A stretch of 63,607 nt of DNA, counting the filler, from Pelomyxa schiedti (Eukaryota > Protista > Evosea): NCBI GenBank assembly GCA_020536535.1. It is 10 parts of 10 records of this genome, joined end to end, with 100 filler letters (N's around TTAATTAATTAA, not from the genome) between each part and the next. Parts side by side here need not be neighbours in the genome. Positions count along the whole stretch, not along the records: positions 60,899 to 62,504 come from JAHLWZ010002388.1; positions 62,605 to 63,607 come from JAHLWZ010003029.1; 8 more parts are not named here. One strand, written 5' to 3'. Below the pieces are notes generated by a model. The model had not been told where the DNA came from, did no database searches, and was given only the letters and a program-made list of their open reading frames with translations. The position numbers and the translations under genes are program-made. Below are positions 60,899 to 63,607 of the stretch, piece by piece; positions within the stretch are counted from its first letter, which is position 1, and every line of letters starts with the position of its first letter.

Positions 60899-62504
60899 GG
60901 GAACTATGTTGAGGGTCTTCATTGGGTTCAGTTTCAGTTCTTGCCGGAGTTCCGAATTATGTTGGCACCTGTTTAGGATGTGTTTTACTGTCTCTGGTGA
61001 ATCACATTCATGCCGGCAAGTCGGAGCGACTTTGCATACATGGGCCATGCGATTGTTAAGAGGTTTCATGTTGGTAACGACCAAGAGGGCTTGGTTCCAG
61101 ATTGAGGGGGGGATGCCTGGGGTGTTGAGGTTCCTTACTCAGTTTTGCCAGTTGGTTGCCGATGGTGTTGTGGTCATGGTGGTGTTGAGTTTGTGGTGCA
61201 AAGGCTTAATTGGGTGCTTTTCTAGTATGCTCCTGTATATGTCTGTGGGAGAAGATAGGTGGCATTGGAGATGCTTATTCAGAGTTTCTATCTCCCAGAT
61301 CGGGGTTGTGTCATCTTTGATGAGAGGATTATGCCGGTTGGGGTTCTGATATCCTGAAATGGCCACTGCAACATTCCACCACTGCATATCCAGCAGGGGT
61401 GGGTGTTGCTAGGCCATCAAGTGTTCAAAAGATGTGCAGTTGGATGGGGTTATTAAGTGGAAAATTTTGGTCATGTATGGATGCCAGACTTGACTTGGAG
61501 AGAAAATTTCAAAACAGATTTGGTATTGAAGGATTGAGTGGATGTAAATGTTGGTGGCTACTATTTTCCTTTGTAGGCCAAGGACTTTGGGTATAATGTC
61601 CTGAGCCCTTCTCTGGGCCTTGTTGAGCATTGGTTCAACTCTTTCTAGAGCGGAGATGTGGCCAATAAGGACTCCAAGGTATTTGTACTTTGTTACTGTC
61701 TGTACTGGCCACTCAGTTGATGTTCTATCTTTGGCCAGCCCACCCACAACGATAGAACCTGGCCAGGACTTCTGTCTTCTTGTAGTTCAGAGCAGCTCCT
61801 GTAGCCTGACAATATAGATTGAAGATTGGAGCTCCTGTGTCCAGGTCCTCTAGATTCTTCCAAATAGTGCAGATGTCATCTGCATATGCTGATACCTTTG
61901 GTTTAGCTGAGTCATGGAGTTTCATGAGAAGAGTGTCTATCACGACGTTGAAAAGGAGTGGAGAGAGGGGGCATCCTTGCCGGACCCCTCTACCTAGTGG
62001 GAAGTGTATCCCTGAGGGTAGGTATGCTTCAGTGTTCTGCATTAGGTGCGCAATTACGCTGGTCCATGTTTGGGGCATTCCTATTTGCTCCAAAATGTGA
62101 ATAATGGTGTTCCGATCAAGGTTGTCATAGGCCTTGGAGAAGAGTTGTGCTGGAACTTTGTAGTGCTTAAGAACATAGTATTGTTTGATACTGCCATGAT
62201 ATTATCATTGATGAGTCTTCCTTCAAAGAACCCATTCTGGTTTGGCAGAGTTGTGCTATGAGGGGATTAAGGATATGGGACATTGCCTTGGTGATGATGC
62301 AGTTGTCTGTGTTAGGTGGAGATGGGCTGTGACTCAACAATTCTGGTGGTCCCTTCCACTTTGGGAAATGCAAAGAAAAGGGAATCATTGAAGTGATCTG
62401 GGGCAGGGTGTTCTGATAGCCAATAGAACATGTTGCACAGAATTGATGCTGAGAGTTTGGGGAGTGCTTTCCATGCTGCAAAGGTCACCCCATCTGGGCC
62501 AGGG
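60899..62504 (-). mobile_element. Degenerate L1/Tx1-like non-LTR retrotransposon ORF2
   Basis: PGPDG, RGVRQGCPLSPLLF, AYADD, YKYLGV, C-terminal ETVKHILNRC zinc knuckle; several frameshifts. Confidence 0.9.
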
Positions 62505-62604
62505 NNNNNNNNNNNNNNNNNNNNNNNNNNNNNNNNNNNNNNNNNNNNTTAATTAATTAANNNNNNNNNNNNNNNNNNNNNNNNNNNNNNNNNNNNNNNN
62601 NNNN

Positions 62605-63379
62605 CCATATAATTCCAAGGCACAACCTTTCCTTCCAAGTCGTCTTGGTCCCAGGTATCCCTCAAATCTTCCTTGATCACTTTGCCACCACCGCTGGTTC
62701 TATCTTTGATATTTACAACAGCAGCTTGGCCTCCGTCCCTCTTGCCCTCCGCACTTGCCGTTTCTCTCGCTTCTTCTGAGGCTCCTTCAGTCTCTTCTTT
62801 TCTCACATCACTATCTCCCGTTCCATGAGTAGATTCCCCTTTTCCGCCAGTATCGCCCTCAGGCCGGTCCCCCGTCCCACATTCCGGCTCATCCCCGCTC
62901 TGCTGGTTCCCGCCACCAGCGCCGCTGCCACCGCTAGTAGCGACACTCTTACCGGTCCCACAATTCGCCACATTAGTAGGAGCAGCAGAATCACCTCGTT
63001 CGACTGGCACGGCGTAGCACAGCAGCAGGTCGCCGGGGCCCACGCCAAAGTCGCCCAGCGTCACGCCGTCCACGTCGGGGAGCGCCCTCCCCTCGCTGTC
63101 CATCAACACCAGCGGCGGCCGACCCCCCCCGGTCGTCGCGGCCGCTCTGGGCGCCACGGCCCCCCGCCCCCCGCCGCTCCCCCCATCGCCATCACCATCA
63201 CCGCCAGGGGGCCGGCTGCTCTCGTGGGTGCCCTTGGGTGGCTCTGAAGAAGAGGGTATGGGGAGGAGGAGGTTGCAGGCTGCTGCGACATGGGAGGTCA
63301 CGTCGGAGACGGTGAGGGCTGGGTCGTAGACGAGAGGTATAATGGCGTCTGGCGCCACTCGCACGTAAAAGAGCCCCAT
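62605..63379 (-). CDS. Hypothetical protein with split ubiquitin-like N-terminal domain (partial)
   Basis: FYVRV...YDPALTVSDV and LVLMDSEGRALPD...TLGDFGVGPGDLL separated by a low-complexity loop. Confidence 0.5.
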
Positions 63380-63474
63380 CTCGCTCCGGTGTTTTGATTT
63401 TTCGGGAAAACTACACGGGTGAACAATAAAATGCGAAAAGAGGGATCTTGTACAGCGTACAGGGACGCGGGTTT

Positions 63475-63518
63475 GGTTGATGTCCAGGTTGATGTCCAGG
63501 TTGATGTCCTGGTTGATG
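63475..63518. repeat. 12-bp tandem repeat GGTTGATGTCCA, about 3.7 copies
   Basis: Seen directly. Confidence 0.85.
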
Positions 63519-63607
63519 TGTCTGCACCTACGTCTCTGATATCAGGCTCAGAAGGCCCCTTTCCCTGAAATCCGAAACAACAAAATAAAACAAAACACGA
63601 AGGCGAT

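Overview
This is eukaryotic DNA, not prokaryotic: genes are split by many short GT-AG introns of about 35-100 nt with CTAAC/CTAAT-type branch sites. The window is not one locus. Ten contigs are joined by artificial 100-bp N/TTAATTAATTAA/N spacers, and there are four internal 100-N gaps. The gene content (Sel1, kinase and MORN expansions, CARMIL-like and WH2 actin proteins) suggests an amoebozoan, possibly an archamoeba such as Pelomyxa; this is inference only. Recognisable genes: a coiled-coil/IPT/SPRY-like gene, RAD9, a RasGAP-CARMIL(PH-LRR) fusion, NAC-beta/BTF3 with a long H1-like tail, an intron-rich B12-type radical SAM enzyme resembling the bacterial PhpK family, a PH-C1 protein, an intronless phage tail-collar gene, uridine kinase, a Kelch-SAH-WH2 protein, an inverted paralog pair, a GH31 alpha-glucosidase, ubiquitin, a PINK1-like kinase-Sel1 fusion, Sel1 arrays, surface proteins, a MORN pseudogene and an M28 peptidase. 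Mobile DNA includes a non-autonomous TIR element family (CATAACTGG ends, palindromic ACACAAAGTGCGCC arrays, internal triple hairpin repeat) on three contigs, two nested LTR retrotransposons with tRNA-Ala-type primer sites, and two non-LTR RT relics. All family assignments come from motifs recognised by eye, with no database search. Exon boundaries are approximate.
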